Program-made: the position numbers and the translations under genes
The notes under the pieces: generated by a model
What the model saw: the letters and a program-made list of their open reading frames with translations, nothing else
Database searches by the model: none
Told to the model about the DNA's origin: nothing
From: Candidatus Multivoradales bacterium
Lineage (GTDB): Bacteria > Acidobacteriota > Thermoanaerobaculia > Multivoradales > J023
Length of the DNA stretch: 64,000 nucleotides
Reading direction: 5' to 3'
Assembly: GCA_965248925.1 (NCBI GenBank)
Contig: CBDFLE010000006.1
Span: 576,001-640,000 of the forward strand
Shown: one piece after another, positions 18,539 through 28,148 of the stretch
Position numbering within the stretch: position 1 is the first letter of the stretch
How the letters are laid out: every line of letters begins with the position of its first letter

Positions 18539-21500
18539 CTACTGCCAATAGCCGGCCAGAGTTCGCGGGGTCAGTCCGCGGCCGGCGACCTCGATGTCGA
18601 CATCGCGCCAAGCGGCGTTGCTTTGCTCGCTGGGGTAGTAGGTCAGCAGGTATTGGGAGCGCAGCTCCTGCTCGATGTCTTCGTAGACCTCATCCAGGTT
18701 GCGGTAGTCCTTGGCGTAGTACAAGCGACCGCCGACTGACTCCACCAGACGGCTGGCGCGGGAAGTGAAGGAACGGGTAAAAAGGGTCAGGCCATCGCTC
18801 TGGGGCTCGTGCTTCATCAAGATCAGATAGACCGGCACACCCATGCGCTTGGCGATTCTGAGGCAGGAGCGGAAGGGGAACTCGTCGTCTTCGTCGGCGC
18901 CGTCAGAAAACACCACCAACGCCTTGCGACCCCGCACCCCTTGCAGCTGCACCAGCGAGAACACCACCGACTCCCACAACGCCGTGCGGCCGTCGGCCGA
19001 CAGGTCGTCGATGGCGCGCAGCATGCGGGAAAGGTCCCCTGTGGTGCCGCGGGCCAAGCGCGGTTTACTATCGAAGTCGACCAGGAATGCGCGATCCGTT
19101 GCGGTGAAGGTCGATTGCAAAAAGCGCGCCGCCGCCTGCTGCACCAGCGGTAGCTTGACGAACATGCTGGCTGAGGAGTCGATCGCCATGCCGAGGGTCA
19201 GGGGCAGCTCGGAGGCGTCGCTGAAGCTGGCGATCCGCTGCTCGACCCCCTCTTCGCGAATGCGGAAATCTGCCTTCTTCAGCCCCCGTACCGGTCGGCC
19301 GCGACGATCGGTGACGACGACGTTGAGTTCCACCAAATTGACGTTGACCTGCTCGCTGGCCTCCGGTCCATTGACGAAGACAACATCCTCGGCCACGCTA
19401 CCGTCATCGAGCAACGCCACCACCCGCACGTAACCCACCGGCGAATTCTCGGGCACCACCACCCGATGGACAAAAGGCGCCCGATACAGGGTCGCGACCT
19501 GGCGGTTGTTCCAGAAAAAAAGCACCCGATCGAGTTGCCTCTCCAAGGGCACCGTGACCGACGCTTCGAACTCGATCGGACCGGTGCCGCGCAACTTGGA
19601 TGGACGCACGATGTCGACCGCCAGCCCACCGCCGCCGGCATTGAGCACCACTGAATCGCGACCCAGCTCGTCGCCGCGGGCGTCGTAGGCCACCGCGGTG
19701 AGAGTGCGGCGATGAGGATTGCGACCGAGCCCAATCCTGGCCCCGAAGGGTGCCCGATCGCGCTCCGCGACCTCGCGCTCATCGAGCAAGTAAACCACCC
19801 GGACAACTTTTGGATCGTAGACCTCGGCATCGAATTTTACCCGACCGCGCAACAGCTGGTCTTCAGGACGCAGAATCTCGATCACCGTCGGCGGTGGGAT
19901 GAACTCCTCATCGGCCTCTGCCCAGCTGCCAGCCACCACCGCCGCCAACGAGCCGCCCCACAATCCACCGTCGAGATCCTCCACCAGGACCGCTGCTTGG
20001 CGAGCCTCGCCGGGCAACTCGATGGCGGTGCGGTAATACCAATCGGCCAGGCCACGCAGATCCTGGGGCGCCAACAGCTCGCTACGCACCCACGGTTCAC
20101 CACCGGGCAAGGCCACCGCGACGGTGACCCGCAGCAATGCCTGATCGAAGCTCAGATCGTCGACGGCCAGGGATTTCAGGCTGACCCGCGCTTCGAGATC
20201 GCCCGCCGCCGGTAAAGCTAGACCTTCTTCGAGTCGCAACACGGCGGCAACATCGAGCCCGCCCTCGGCCTCACTACCGGCTAGCAACCGCCCCATGCGT
20301 GCTCGGCTGACCGCCAGGGGAGTGCCGTGCGCAGCCCAGCGCCGACTTCGCGCCACCAATCCCGGCCGGTTAGTGGTGACTTCGACCCGGCGCAACTCGC
20401 CATCGGCCGGCGCAAGATAGTTGTAGACCACCTCCAAACGACCGTCGAGGCGGCGCAGGGCATCGCGCAAGCCAGAGTCGCTTTCGACCACTTCGCCACC
20501 ACTGGCAATCGCCAATTGGCGTAGGGGCTGCAACGGCCGAACCAGCTCGACGACTGGCGTTGGAGCCTCCTCAGCACGAGCTTCACGACGTTCACGACGA
20601 CGGCGCAGCAACTCTCCGGGACGTACCGTCACCCCTGGCGTCACCGTGCTCTCACCCCGTTGGTCGGTGGTCTCAAGAGTCGAGAAGCGGTCGCCAAGCC
20701 CACCGTCTTCAACCGGCAGAACTAGTGGCAAGACAGTCCAACCGAGGGCGGAGAGCGCCCGCGCGGTGGTCGCCACCTCCTCGCTCAGAACCTTGCTCGG
20801 AGCAGCTCCGCGGAGCAGCTCGCCGAGGGTCACGGGGCTCAGCCGAGCAGCCCAGAATCCGAACGGGTCGAGATCGAAACCATCTTGCACTAGCACCAGC
20901 AGCCGCGGACCACGGGCGGGACGATCGCCGGCCCAAGCCAAGATCGAACTCTGCTGGCGGCGAACCAGAGCGATCTCGCGATCGATCGCGGCCCGCACCA
21001 GCTCGGCCGCTGAGCCCGCTACTGAATCCGCGGCGGCGAGTTCGGCGAGAGCCGAGCGGCGTAACTCAAGAATCTCCTGGCGGCCAGACCGCTGCAAGGC
21101 CAGCAGCGAGAGGCGCTCGCCCAAGGCCAGCGAATCGCGACTCTCGAACAAGGTCTCGGGCTCCGGATCGGCGACGACTATCTCGACTTCGCCAAGTCCG
21201 ACCAACTCCGCCGCCACCGCCGACAACGCCTCGACACCGCGGCGCAGAGTGCTGGAGCGGGCCAACACCGGGTCGAGATAGAGCGCCACTCGCACCGCTT
21301 CATGGGGTGCCCCGAGAGAACTCACCGCAATGGCCTGACCGCCGTCGAAGGCACTCAGCTCGCCGCTCTGCAAGTTGTCAGGCCGGCGCCCGCGGGCATC
21401 GGCCACCTCCAGCCACAATCGCACTTCGCGTTCGATTGCTGCCGCAGCTGCCGGCTCCTGTTGCGCAACAGGAGCCGACTGCGGCCCGAGCAAAGTCAAG

Positions 21501-21589
21501 AGCAGCGTCAAGATGGCCGCCACCCGCCAACGAGGCGTGAGTCGAGGTCCGAGCAAAGAAGCTAAGAGGGTAGGCGAGAGAGCTTTCAT
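18539..21589 (-). CDS. Acidobacterial-type VWA domain protein with Ig-like domains
   Basis: VVVTD..G..V.GL...DF...E.G..Q segment, DSSAS MIDAS, TAL, SDG.D and QYLL.Y. Confidence 0.85.
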   Translation of the reverse strand: MKALSPTLLASLLGPRLTPRWRVAAILTLLLTLLGPQSAPVAQQEPAAAAAIEREVRLWLEVADARGRRPDNLQSGELSAFDGGQAIAVSSLGAPHEAVRVALYLDPVLARSSTLRRGVEALSAVAAELVGLGEVEIVVADPEPETLFESRDSLALGERLSLLALQRSGRQEILELRRSALAELAAADSVAGSAAELVRAAIDREIALVRRQQSSILAWAGDRPARGPRLLVLVQDGFDLDPFGFWAARLSPVTLGELLRGAAPSKVLSEEVATTARALSALGWTVLPLVLPVEDGGLGDRFSTLETTDQRGESTVTPGVTVRPGELLRRRRERREARAEEAPTPVVELVRPLQPLRQLAIASGGEVVESDSGLRDALRRLDGRLEVVYNYLAPADGELRRVEVTTNRPGLVARSRRWAAHGTPLAVSRARMGRLLAGSEAEGGLDVAAVLRLEEGLALPAAGDLEARVSLKSLAVDDLSFDQALLRVTVAVALPGGEPWVRSELLAPQDLRGLADWYYRTAIELPGEARQAAVLVEDLDGGLWGGSLAAVVAGSWAEADEEFIPPPTVIEILRPEDQLLRGRVKFDAEVYDPKVVRVVYLLDEREVAERDRAPFGARIGLGRNPHRRTLTAVAYDARGDELGRDSVVLNAGGGGLAVDIVRPSKLRGTGPIEFEASVTVPLERQLDRVLFFWNNRQVATLYRAPFVHRVVVPENSPVGYVRVVALLDDGSVAEDVVFVNGPEASEQVNVNLVELNVVVTDRRGRPVRGLKKADFRIREEGVEQRIASFSDASELPLTLGMAIDSSASMFVKLPLVQQAAARFLQSTFTATDRAFLVDFDSKPRLARGTTGDLSRMLRAIDDLSADGRTALWESVVFSLVQLQGVRGRKALVVFSDGADEDDEFPFRSCLRIAKRMGVPVYLILMKHEPQSDGLTLFTRSFTSRASRLVESVGGRLYYAKDYRNLDEVYEDIEQELRSQYLLTYYPSEQSNAAWRDVDIEVAGRGLTPRTLAGYWQ

Positions 21590-21892
21590 CAAGGGTCGGG
21601 TTTCCTTGTCCACCCATCGGTTACGCAGCCAACAGGAGCATGGTTCTGGATAATGGCATTGCATCCGCCAACGCACGCGGCAAATGGCGGCCTGGCCAAC
21701 TCAAAGGGGTATGCAAGGCTGGTTCCACCGCCACCGACCCAACCTCTCGACCCGCCGCAGCGACTATATCCGTCAGGTGTCGCAAACATCGGACAGCCCT
21801 GTCGACCCAGGCGAGAACTGCCGGTTGACCCGGGTGCCAGGGTTACCTTCCCCTGCTATGATCTGCGAGTTCTCAACCCTAGAGGTTTGTTT

Positions 21893-22978
21893 ATGGAAGA
21901 TTTCTACGGCCAACTCGAAAACTGGTCCGGAGAAGGTGTGGTTGTCCGTCACGACTCCCTCACCGGCAGCCGCTTTCTCATCGCCTTGCACGACAGCACC
22001 TTCGGCCCAGCTGCCGGTGGTACGCGGATGAAGAGCTATCCGACCCCGGACGACGCCCTCTGCGACGTGCTGCGGTTAGCCGAGGGGATGACCTACAAAT
22101 GGACCGCCCTCGGCCTGGAGTATGGCGGCGGCAAGGCGGTGATCGATATCCCCAGCGGACTCGATGACAACGCTAGGCGCGGTCTGCTGGAGCGCTACGG
22201 CGAGTTGCTGCAAACTCTCCGTGGCAGCTACATCACCGGCGCCGACCTCGGCACTTCAGCAGACGACATGGCTTTGATCGCCACCCGCACCCACCATGTG
22301 CTCGGCGTCGATCACCGCAGCGGTCGTGGCTTCGATCCGGGCCAATACACCGCCCACGGTGTCCATCAAGGGATCCGCGCCGCCCTCGAATCGGTCTTCG
22401 GCAGTCCCGACCCGGCGGGCCGTACTATCTTGGTCCAAGGCCTCGGGGGAGTCGGCGGTCCGCTGGCTCGCGCCCTCGCCGCCGCGGGTGCCAGGCTGCT
22501 GCTCTCCGACCTAGACAGCCAGCGGGCCGAGAAGTTCGCCGCCGAAGTGGGTGGCACGGCGGTCGCCGGCGACGCGGTCTACGGCTGCGAGTGTGACCTC
22601 TACGCTCCTTGCGCCATCGGCGCCACCCTCAATCCCGATTCCATCCCCCGTTTGCGGTGCCGAATCGTCGCTGGCGCCGCCAACAACCAATTGCTCACCG
22701 ACGCAGACGCCAAGCGCCTGGCCCAACGCGACATCCTCTACGTCACCGACTACGTGATAAACGGTGGCGGTGCCCAAGCCATCGCCCTGATGCATCAGGG
22801 AATCTACGATCGCCAAGAACTGATGACTCGCATCGCCACCATCGGTGACACCGTCGCCCGCATCCTGAGCGAGGCAAGCGAGACCCACACCGATCCCTTG
22901 GCAGTCACCCGCCGCCAAGTCAAGCGCAAGCTAGCCGAGCGGCGGGCAGAGACAGCAGGCGTGGTCGTCGAAGTCTGA
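21893..22978 (+). CDS. Glu/Leu/Phe/Val dehydrogenase (leucine dehydrogenase-like)
   Basis: GPAAGGTRM, GMTYK, GGGKAVI, QGLGGVG and GAANNQL motifs. Confidence 0.92.
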   Translation: MEDFYGQLENWSGEGVVVRHDSLTGSRFLIALHDSTFGPAAGGTRMKSYPTPDDALCDVLRLAEGMTYKWTALGLEYGGGKAVIDIPSGLDDNARRGLLERYGELLQTLRGSYITGADLGTSADDMALIATRTHHVLGVDHRSGRGFDPGQYTAHGVHQGIRAALESVFGSPDPAGRTILVQGLGGVGGPLARALAAAGARLLLSDLDSQRAEKFAAEVGGTAVAGDAVYGCECDLYAPCAIGATLNPDSIPRLRCRIVAGAANNQLLTDADAKRLAQRDILYVTDYVINGGGAQAIALMHQGIYDRQELMTRIATIGDTVARILSEASETHTDPLAVTRRQVKRKLAERRAETAGVVVEV

Positions 22979-22998
22979 GGATTCAGCGCTTTGCTCTC

Positions 22999-23250
22999 TT
23001 GCGGTCGACGAGGTGGCAGTCAGGAAGTCTGCGAGGCCCGTACCTGCTCTTCTTCTCTAGCAATGAGGAAGACGAACCGCCGCACATCCATGTGCAGCAC
23101 AATCGCAAATTGGCCAATTTCTGGCTCGAGCTCGTCCGGCTGGCCGCTTCGACCCACTTCAGCACCCACGAACTCAACCGGCTTCGACAGGTCGTCGAGA
23201 ACAACGAGACCCTACTCTTGGAGGCATGGAATGAGCACTTCCGTCGCTGA
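22999..23250 (+). CDS. DUF4160-like protein (putative toxin), start uncertain
   Basis: GPY..FF.SNE..EPPHIHV and AW.EHF motifs; overlaps a DUF2442-like gene. Confidence 0.7.
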   Translation: MRSTRWQSGSLRGPYLLFFSSNEEDEPPHIHVQHNRKLANFWLELVRLAASTHFSTHELNRLRQVVENNETLLLEAWNEHFRR

Positions 23251-23494
23251 AGATCGCGCCCTGGCCCGCCGGGTCAAGGTCACGGAAGACGAATTGCAGG
23301 TCGAGCTGGACGATGGCCGGAAGCTCACCGTGCCATTGGCCTGGTTTCCACGTCTGCTCCGAGCTTCGCCCGCAGCCCGCGGAAAGTGGGAACTCCTCGG
23401 CCAAGGTGAAGGTATCCACTGGCCAGAAGCCGACGAGGATCTTAGCGTCAGTGGATTGTTAGCCGGCAGGGGTAGAGCAATTCCCGCCAGCTGA
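23231..23494 (+). CDS. DUF2442-like protein (putative antitoxin)
   Basis: L.DGR...VPL.WFPRL..A and GIHWP..DEDLS motifs. Confidence 0.85.
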   Translation: MSTSVAEDRALARRVKVTEDELQVELDDGRKLTVPLAWFPRLLRASPAARGKWELLGQGEGIHWPEADEDLSVSGLLAGRGRAIPAS

Positions 23495-23498
23495 TCCC

Positions 23499-25253
23499 TC
23501 AGATAATCAGCCGCACGCCGCCCAGGTCGGCGAGACCGTAGGGAAAGCGGTCGCCGGGGGAGCCGATGAACATGAAGTTCTGCGGGATATCCCACTTCGC
23601 CGACAGCTCATTGATTAGATCAGGTCCAAAATCACCGTCCACGACTTCAAAGTCGATGCTGATCTGGGGATAGATCTCGTCGAGATTCTTGATGTCTTGT
23701 TCGAGACGATCGGGAATGTCGGCTTCGTCGGTGGCGGCGAGCACCACCTTGATGTTGTTCGTGTGCTCGTTGCTCTTGACGTAAAGCATGGCGCGGTTGA
23801 GGCTGGCGATGCTGTCGCCACGGGTGAAGAAAACCACCTGCTGCCCATTGATCGCTTCAATCTTCAGCCGTAGCTTCTCGGACACCCCACTGGCCCAACG
23901 CAATACCACCTTGCTCACCGAACGGACGGTGAACATCAAGGCATTGAGCAGACCGATGCGCCCGAGCATGATGAGAATGATCGCCATGGTTGGCAGGAAG
24001 TAGTAGAGGAAGACCCCGACGTATTTCGGATTCATGGTCGCGTTGCCGATCAGCGCTGCCAGCACCGCGGTGATACCAATGAACAGTGAGAACCAGCTCG
24101 CCCGCTCGGGACGAGGCAAGCGACGACGACGAACCTTGAGCAAGATGTTACCGATGCCGAACAACGCCATCACCGCCAAGAAGGAGAGGGTGTAGACCCC
24201 GGCCAAGGCGCCGAGTTCACCCTTGGTCAACAGCAGCACCGAAACACAGAGCACGAAGAAGCCGAGGATGATGCGATGAGAAGTGCCACGCCGATTGGTC
24301 ACCAGCAGGTTCTGCGGCAAGCAGCGGTCGAGCGTCATCCGTCGCATCAAACCGACCACGCCGACAAAGGAGGTCAACACCGCGCCGCTGAGCACCAGAG
24401 AGGCGTCCACCGAGATCACGATGGCCAACCAGTCGCCGCCAGCGATCCTTCCCATATGCGACAGCAGCGCCTCCCTATGCTCTCCAACATCGGCCAGCGG
24501 TACCAGCGACAGGGCCAGCAGGGCAATCGCCGGGTTGAAAAAACCGACCGTCAGCCACATGTTGCGCAACGTCTTGGGGAACACTCCCTTGTCCTGCTCC
24601 TCGACGAAATTAGCCGAAGACTCAAAGCCTGAGATACCGAGCATGGCGGCCGAGAAGCCCAGGAAGAGGGCCTGCGGGATGCTGCCCGTCACCGGCTCCG
24701 CCAGATTCAGGCTGAGCGTCTCGGTACCACTGCGCAGCAGCCACAGACCGCCGACCACCAGCAGCAGGACCAACGAGGTGAGGTGGGTGATGAAGATCAA
24801 CACCGCCACCTTGGCCGACTCGCCGATGCCGATCACACTGAGCACGGCGAATAGGGCCAGCAGCGCGATGGTGGTGGCCATCACCGGCATGCCGTGCCAC
24901 AGCGAGTGCGCATAGTGGATCGCTTCACTGGCTGAAATCACCGCGGTGGCCATGTAGGAGAGGATGGTCAGGCAAGCCGCCACCGAAGCCACCCGCTTGC
25001 TGGTGGTGTTGAGCAGCGCGTTGTAGGCGCCGCCGTTGAGCGGTAGCGCACCGACCACCTCGCCGTAGATGCCGCGGAAAAAGAACAGCACCGCGGCGAC
25101 CATCAGCAGAGCCACCGGCGCCAACTTGCCGGCATACATGATCGACAAGGCCGAAACGTAGAGGCAAGACGAAGAGATGTCGTTACCGCAGATCGCGGTC
25201 GCCAGCAGTTGCGTCAGCTTCTGCGGCTTATGCTCCGTGAGTTGTTTGGCCAT
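23499..25253 (-). CDS. APC family amino acid permease
   Basis: About 12 hydrophobic segments; GND..SS.LY, NGGAY and SGFE motifs. Confidence 0.9.
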   Translation of the reverse strand: MAKQLTEHKPQKLTQLLATAICGNDISSSCLYVSALSIMYAGKLAPVALLMVAAVLFFFRGIYGEVVGALPLNGGAYNALLNTTSKRVASVAACLTILSYMATAVISASEAIHYAHSLWHGMPVMATTIALLALFAVLSVIGIGESAKVAVLIFITHLTSLVLLLVVGGLWLLRSGTETLSLNLAEPVTGSIPQALFLGFSAAMLGISGFESSANFVEEQDKGVFPKTLRNMWLTVGFFNPAIALLALSLVPLADVGEHREALLSHMGRIAGGDWLAIVISVDASLVLSGAVLTSFVGVVGLMRRMTLDRCLPQNLLVTNRRGTSHRIILGFFVLCVSVLLLTKGELGALAGVYTLSFLAVMALFGIGNILLKVRRRRLPRPERASWFSLFIGITAVLAALIGNATMNPKYVGVFLYYFLPTMAIILIMLGRIGLLNALMFTVRSVSKVVLRWASGVSEKLRLKIEAINGQQVVFFTRGDSIASLNRAMLYVKSNEHTNNIKVVLAATDEADIPDRLEQDIKNLDEIYPQISIDFEVVDGDFGPDLINELSAKWDIPQNFMFIGSPGDRFPYGLADLGGVRLII

Positions 25254-25302
25254 GGCGCGCTATCTTGCCGCAAATCGCCGCCACGGGGCAAGCACATAAC
25301 AA

Positions 25303-25332
25303 TTGACTATAGTCATGACCATGGTTAATAAT
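25303..25332 (+). promoter_or_regulatory. TA promoter with tandem palindromic operators
   Basis: TTGACT -35 and AATAAT -10, overlapped by TGACTATAGTCA and TGACCATGGTTA. Confidence 0.7.
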
Positions 25333-25338
25333 ACCGCA

Positions 25339-25566
25339 ATGAAGACTATCAACGCTTCGACCTTCAAGAGTCAGTGCCTGCAACTGATGGACCGGGTGGC
25401 GAGCACCGGAGAGAAGCTGGTGATTACCAAGCACGGCAAACCGGTATCGCTACTATCGCCTTTCCCAGAGCGCTCATCGACCCTTTTCGCTCGCCACCGC
25501 GAGAGTCTGACCATCCACGGCGATATCCTCGCGCCGATCGATGAATCGTGGGACGCCGAGCAGTGA
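25339..25566 (+). CDS. Phd/YefM family antitoxin
   Basis: MKTINAS.FK, ITKHGKPV; overlaps the PIN gene. Confidence 0.9.
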   Translation: MKTINASTFKSQCLQLMDRVASTGEKLVITKHGKPVSLLSPFPERSSTLFARHRESLTIHGDILAPIDESWDAEQ

Positions 25567-25964
25567 TCCTGCTGGACACTCACACTTTGATCTGGCTCGA
25601 CAAGGGCGACCGGCGGCTGGGCTCCAAGGCCCGTCAGATGGCCGACGCCGCCTATCAAGACGGTGAGCTGGCAGTTTCGGCGATCTCCTTCTGGGAAGCT
25701 GCCATGCTGGTAGATCGCCAGCGGATCGAACTCGCCATGCCAATACTGCTGTGGCGTCAGGATTTGCTGGCGGCCGGATTGATCGAGGTCAAAATTAGCG
25801 GTGAGATCGGCATTGTGGCGGCAACTCTAGATTCCTTCCATGGTGATCCAGCAGATCGGCTGATCACCGCCACAGCGGCGGTTAAACAGGCGCGGCTGGT
25901 CACCGCAGACCGCAAGATCCTCGGTTGGAAGGGCAGCCTACAGTGCCAGGACGCGAGGCATTGA
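25563..25964 (+). CDS. VapC PIN-domain toxin
   Basis: ILLDTH, S.WE, H.DPADR and LVTAD motifs. Confidence 0.92.
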   Translation: MILLDTHTLIWLDKGDRRLGSKARQMADAAYQDGELAVSAISFWEAAMLVDRQRIELAMPILLWRQDLLAAGLIEVKISGEIGIVAATLDSFHGDPADRLITATAAVKQARLVTADRKILGWKGSLQCQDARH

Positions 25965-26009
25965 TCCCCGATTAAGGCACTACGCATGGGCAAGAGCTTC
26001 AGAACTCGC

Positions 26010-26666
26010 TTAAGGAGCCTTCTCGGCCACCGGCACGGCCTCGAGATTGACCGTGATCTTGATCACCTCGCCGAGCACCGTCGTGCCCTGATCGAGCACC
26101 TCATTCCAAGTGATGCCGTAGTCGCTGCGGTTGATGTGGAAGGTGGCCGAGAAACCGGCCTTGGGACCTTGGGGGGTGTCCATCACGCCAATCACTTGGA
26201 CCGGAACGATGACGTTCTCCACCCGGCCGCGGAGCTTGAGCTGGCCGGTGATCATCAGCACCCCATCGTCGTCGACTACCCGAGTGCTCTTGAAAGTCAG
26301 GGTCGGATAGTGCTCGACGTCGAAAAAGTCTTTGGAGCGCAGGTGCCGGTCGCGCTCCGGGTTGTTGGTGTCGACCGAGGCCGCGGCCACCACCAACTCG
26401 ACCCCTGAGCGCTCTAGGTCGTCGGCATCGTAGACGATGGTGCCGGACACCTCATTGAAACGCCCCGGCACTTGGGTGAGGAAATGCCGGACCGAGAAAC
26501 CGACGTGGCTGTGCACCGGATCGACAGTCCAAGTAGCCGGCTTGGCCAGCGCCGCCGGCACCCCCAACATGGTCGCCAGCAGGGCGATCCCCAGCACCCA
26601 CACCGGCGACAAGTACGACCTCTTCAGTCGCCGTGAAGGCTCAGTTGTATCAGTCCCGTAACGCAT
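26010..26666 (-). CDS. YceI family lipid/polyisoprenoid-binding protein
   Basis: Signal peptide; W.VDP.HS, RD.HL...DFF and RSDYG motifs. Confidence 0.92.
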   Translation of the reverse strand: MRYGTDTTEPSRRLKRSYLSPVWVLGIALLATMLGVPAALAKPATWTVDPVHSHVGFSVRHFLTQVPGRFNEVSGTIVYDADDLERSGVELVVAAASVDTNNPERDRHLRSKDFFDVEHYPTLTFKSTRVVDDDGVLMITGQLKLRGRVENVIVPVQVIGVMDTPQGPKAGFSATFHINRSDYGITWNEVLDQGTTVLGEVIKITVNLEAVPVAEKAP

Positions 26667-26704
26667 GTCTATCTCCTGCTTCTCGTTCGGCTGGGCGGGG
26701 CAAT

Positions 26705-28111
26705 CTAAAGGTAAGGCACCAGCTCATCCCAAGAGCCGCTCTCGAGCGTATCTTTGACCACCTTCATGAAATGGTCGGCGTCGGCACCGTCGATCAGGCG
26801 ATGATCGAAGGTGATGGCGAAGTAGGACATCACCCGGATCGCCAAGGCGTCGGCGCCGTCGGCATCGGTGATCACCACCGGCCGCTTTTCGATCGTGCCA
26901 GTGCTCAAGATCGCCACCTGCGGCTGGTTGATCACCGGCGTACCAAATTGGCTGCCGAAGACTCCGGGATTGGTTACCGTGAAAGTGCCCCCCTGGGTCT
27001 CCTGCGGCTTGAGCTTCTTACCCCGCGCGCGCTCGGCGAGGTCGTTGGCGGCACGGGCCAGGCCGACGACATTGAGAGAGTCGGCGTTCTTGATCACCGG
27101 CACGATCAGGCCGCGGTCGAAGGACACCGCCATACCCAGATTGACGTCTTTCTTGTAGATGATGTTGTCGCCGTCGATGGCGGCATTCAGCTGTGGGAAT
27201 TTACGAATCCCGCGGCCCACCGCCTTGAAAATAAAGGGCATGTAGGTGAGCTTGGTACCAACTTGCGCCAGAAAGCGCTCCTTGGCCCGGCGACGCAAGT
27301 TGTCGACCCGGGTCATGTCGATGTGAAAGACCGTCGTTACATGAGCCGAAGTCGCCTTCGAATAGGTCATGTGGGCGGCGGTGAGCTGGCGAATGCGCGA
27401 CATCGGCACCACCTCAACGTTCTCGTGGGCGCCGTAAGCCGCCACCGAGTAGCTGCCGGCAGGGCGTGCAGCGCCGGTAGGCGCCGCCGCGGCCACGGCG
27501 GGCTTGGCAACCGCCTCGGCGGCCGGCTGCTCCACCTCGCCGGCGGCCCGACGTTCCAGGTAGGCGAGGATGTCTTTCTTGGTCACCCGACCATGGACGC
27601 CACTGCCCTCGACGGCGCTCAGCTCGACCCCCTCCTGTCGCGCGATGTTGCGGACCAGCGGACTGGAAAAACGGCGGATGCGCTCTTCCAGGCTAATCTC
27701 ACCGCTACCAGGCTCGATGGGGATCTCGACCGAGTCAGTCGGTGTCACTCTCACCGTCGTCGTGGTAGCCGCCGAAGCAGCGGTCTCAGCGGGCAAGTCC
27801 GGCGCCATCTCCCCCGCCGCCGCACTTGTTTTCTCTCCGGTTTTCTCTCCGGTTTTCTCCCCGGCCTTCTCCCCGGCCTCACCAATCCGAGCGACGATCT
27901 CGTTGACCGACACGGTCACCCCTTCGCCGTGGATAATCTCCAGCAGAATCCCTGATTCCGGACTCGGAATCTCGGAATCGACTTTATCGGTCGAGATTTC
28001 CAACAGTGGTTGCTCGCGCTCGACGCGCTCGCCGACCTGCACCAACCAACGGGTGATGGTGCCCTCGGCGATCGACTCGCCCATTTGGGGCATCAAGACT
28101 TCGGTTGCCAT
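26705..28111 (-). CDS. sucB: 2-oxoacid dehydrogenase E2 (dihydrolipoamide acyltransferase)
   Basis: Lipoyl TDKV site, E3-binding GSG..GRVTK.D, catalytic DHRLIDG; substrate specificity is inferred. Confidence 0.8.
   Translation of the reverse strand: MATEVLMPQMGESIAEGTITRWLVQVGERVEREQPLLEISTDKVDSEIPSPESGILLEIIHGEGVTVSVNEIVARIGEAGEKAGEKTGEKTGEKTSAAAGEMAPDLPAETAASAATTTTVRVTPTDSVEIPIEPGSGEISLEERIRRFSSPLVRNIARQEGVELSAVEGSGVHGRVTKKDILAYLERRAAGEVEQPAAEAVAKPAVAAAAPTGAARPAGSYSVAAYGAHENVEVVPMSRIRQLTAAHMTYSKATSAHVTTVFHIDMTRVDNLRRRAKERFLAQVGTKLTYMPFIFKAVGRGIRKFPQLNAAIDGDNIIYKKDVNLGMAVSFDRGLIVPVIKNADSLNVVGLARAANDLAERARGKKLKPQETQGGTFTVTNPGVFGSQFGTPVINQPQVAILSTGTIEKRPVVITDADGADALAIRVMSYFAITFDHRLIDGADADHFMKVVKDTLESGSWDELVPYL
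27829..27876. repeat. 12-bp tandem repeat x4 encoding GEK(T/A) in the E2 linker
   Basis: TTTTCTCTCCGG x2, TTTTCTCCCCGG, CCTTCTCCCCGG. Confidence 0.85.
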
Positions 28112-28148
28112 AGCCTGTGGTCTCCTGCTCAGCTAACGTCCGTCAATC

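Noticed and set aside
21654-21671. GG-N10-GC sites on both strands between the VWA and dehydrogenase genes
   Set aside because: Weak match to the full consensus; likely by chance in GC-rich DNA
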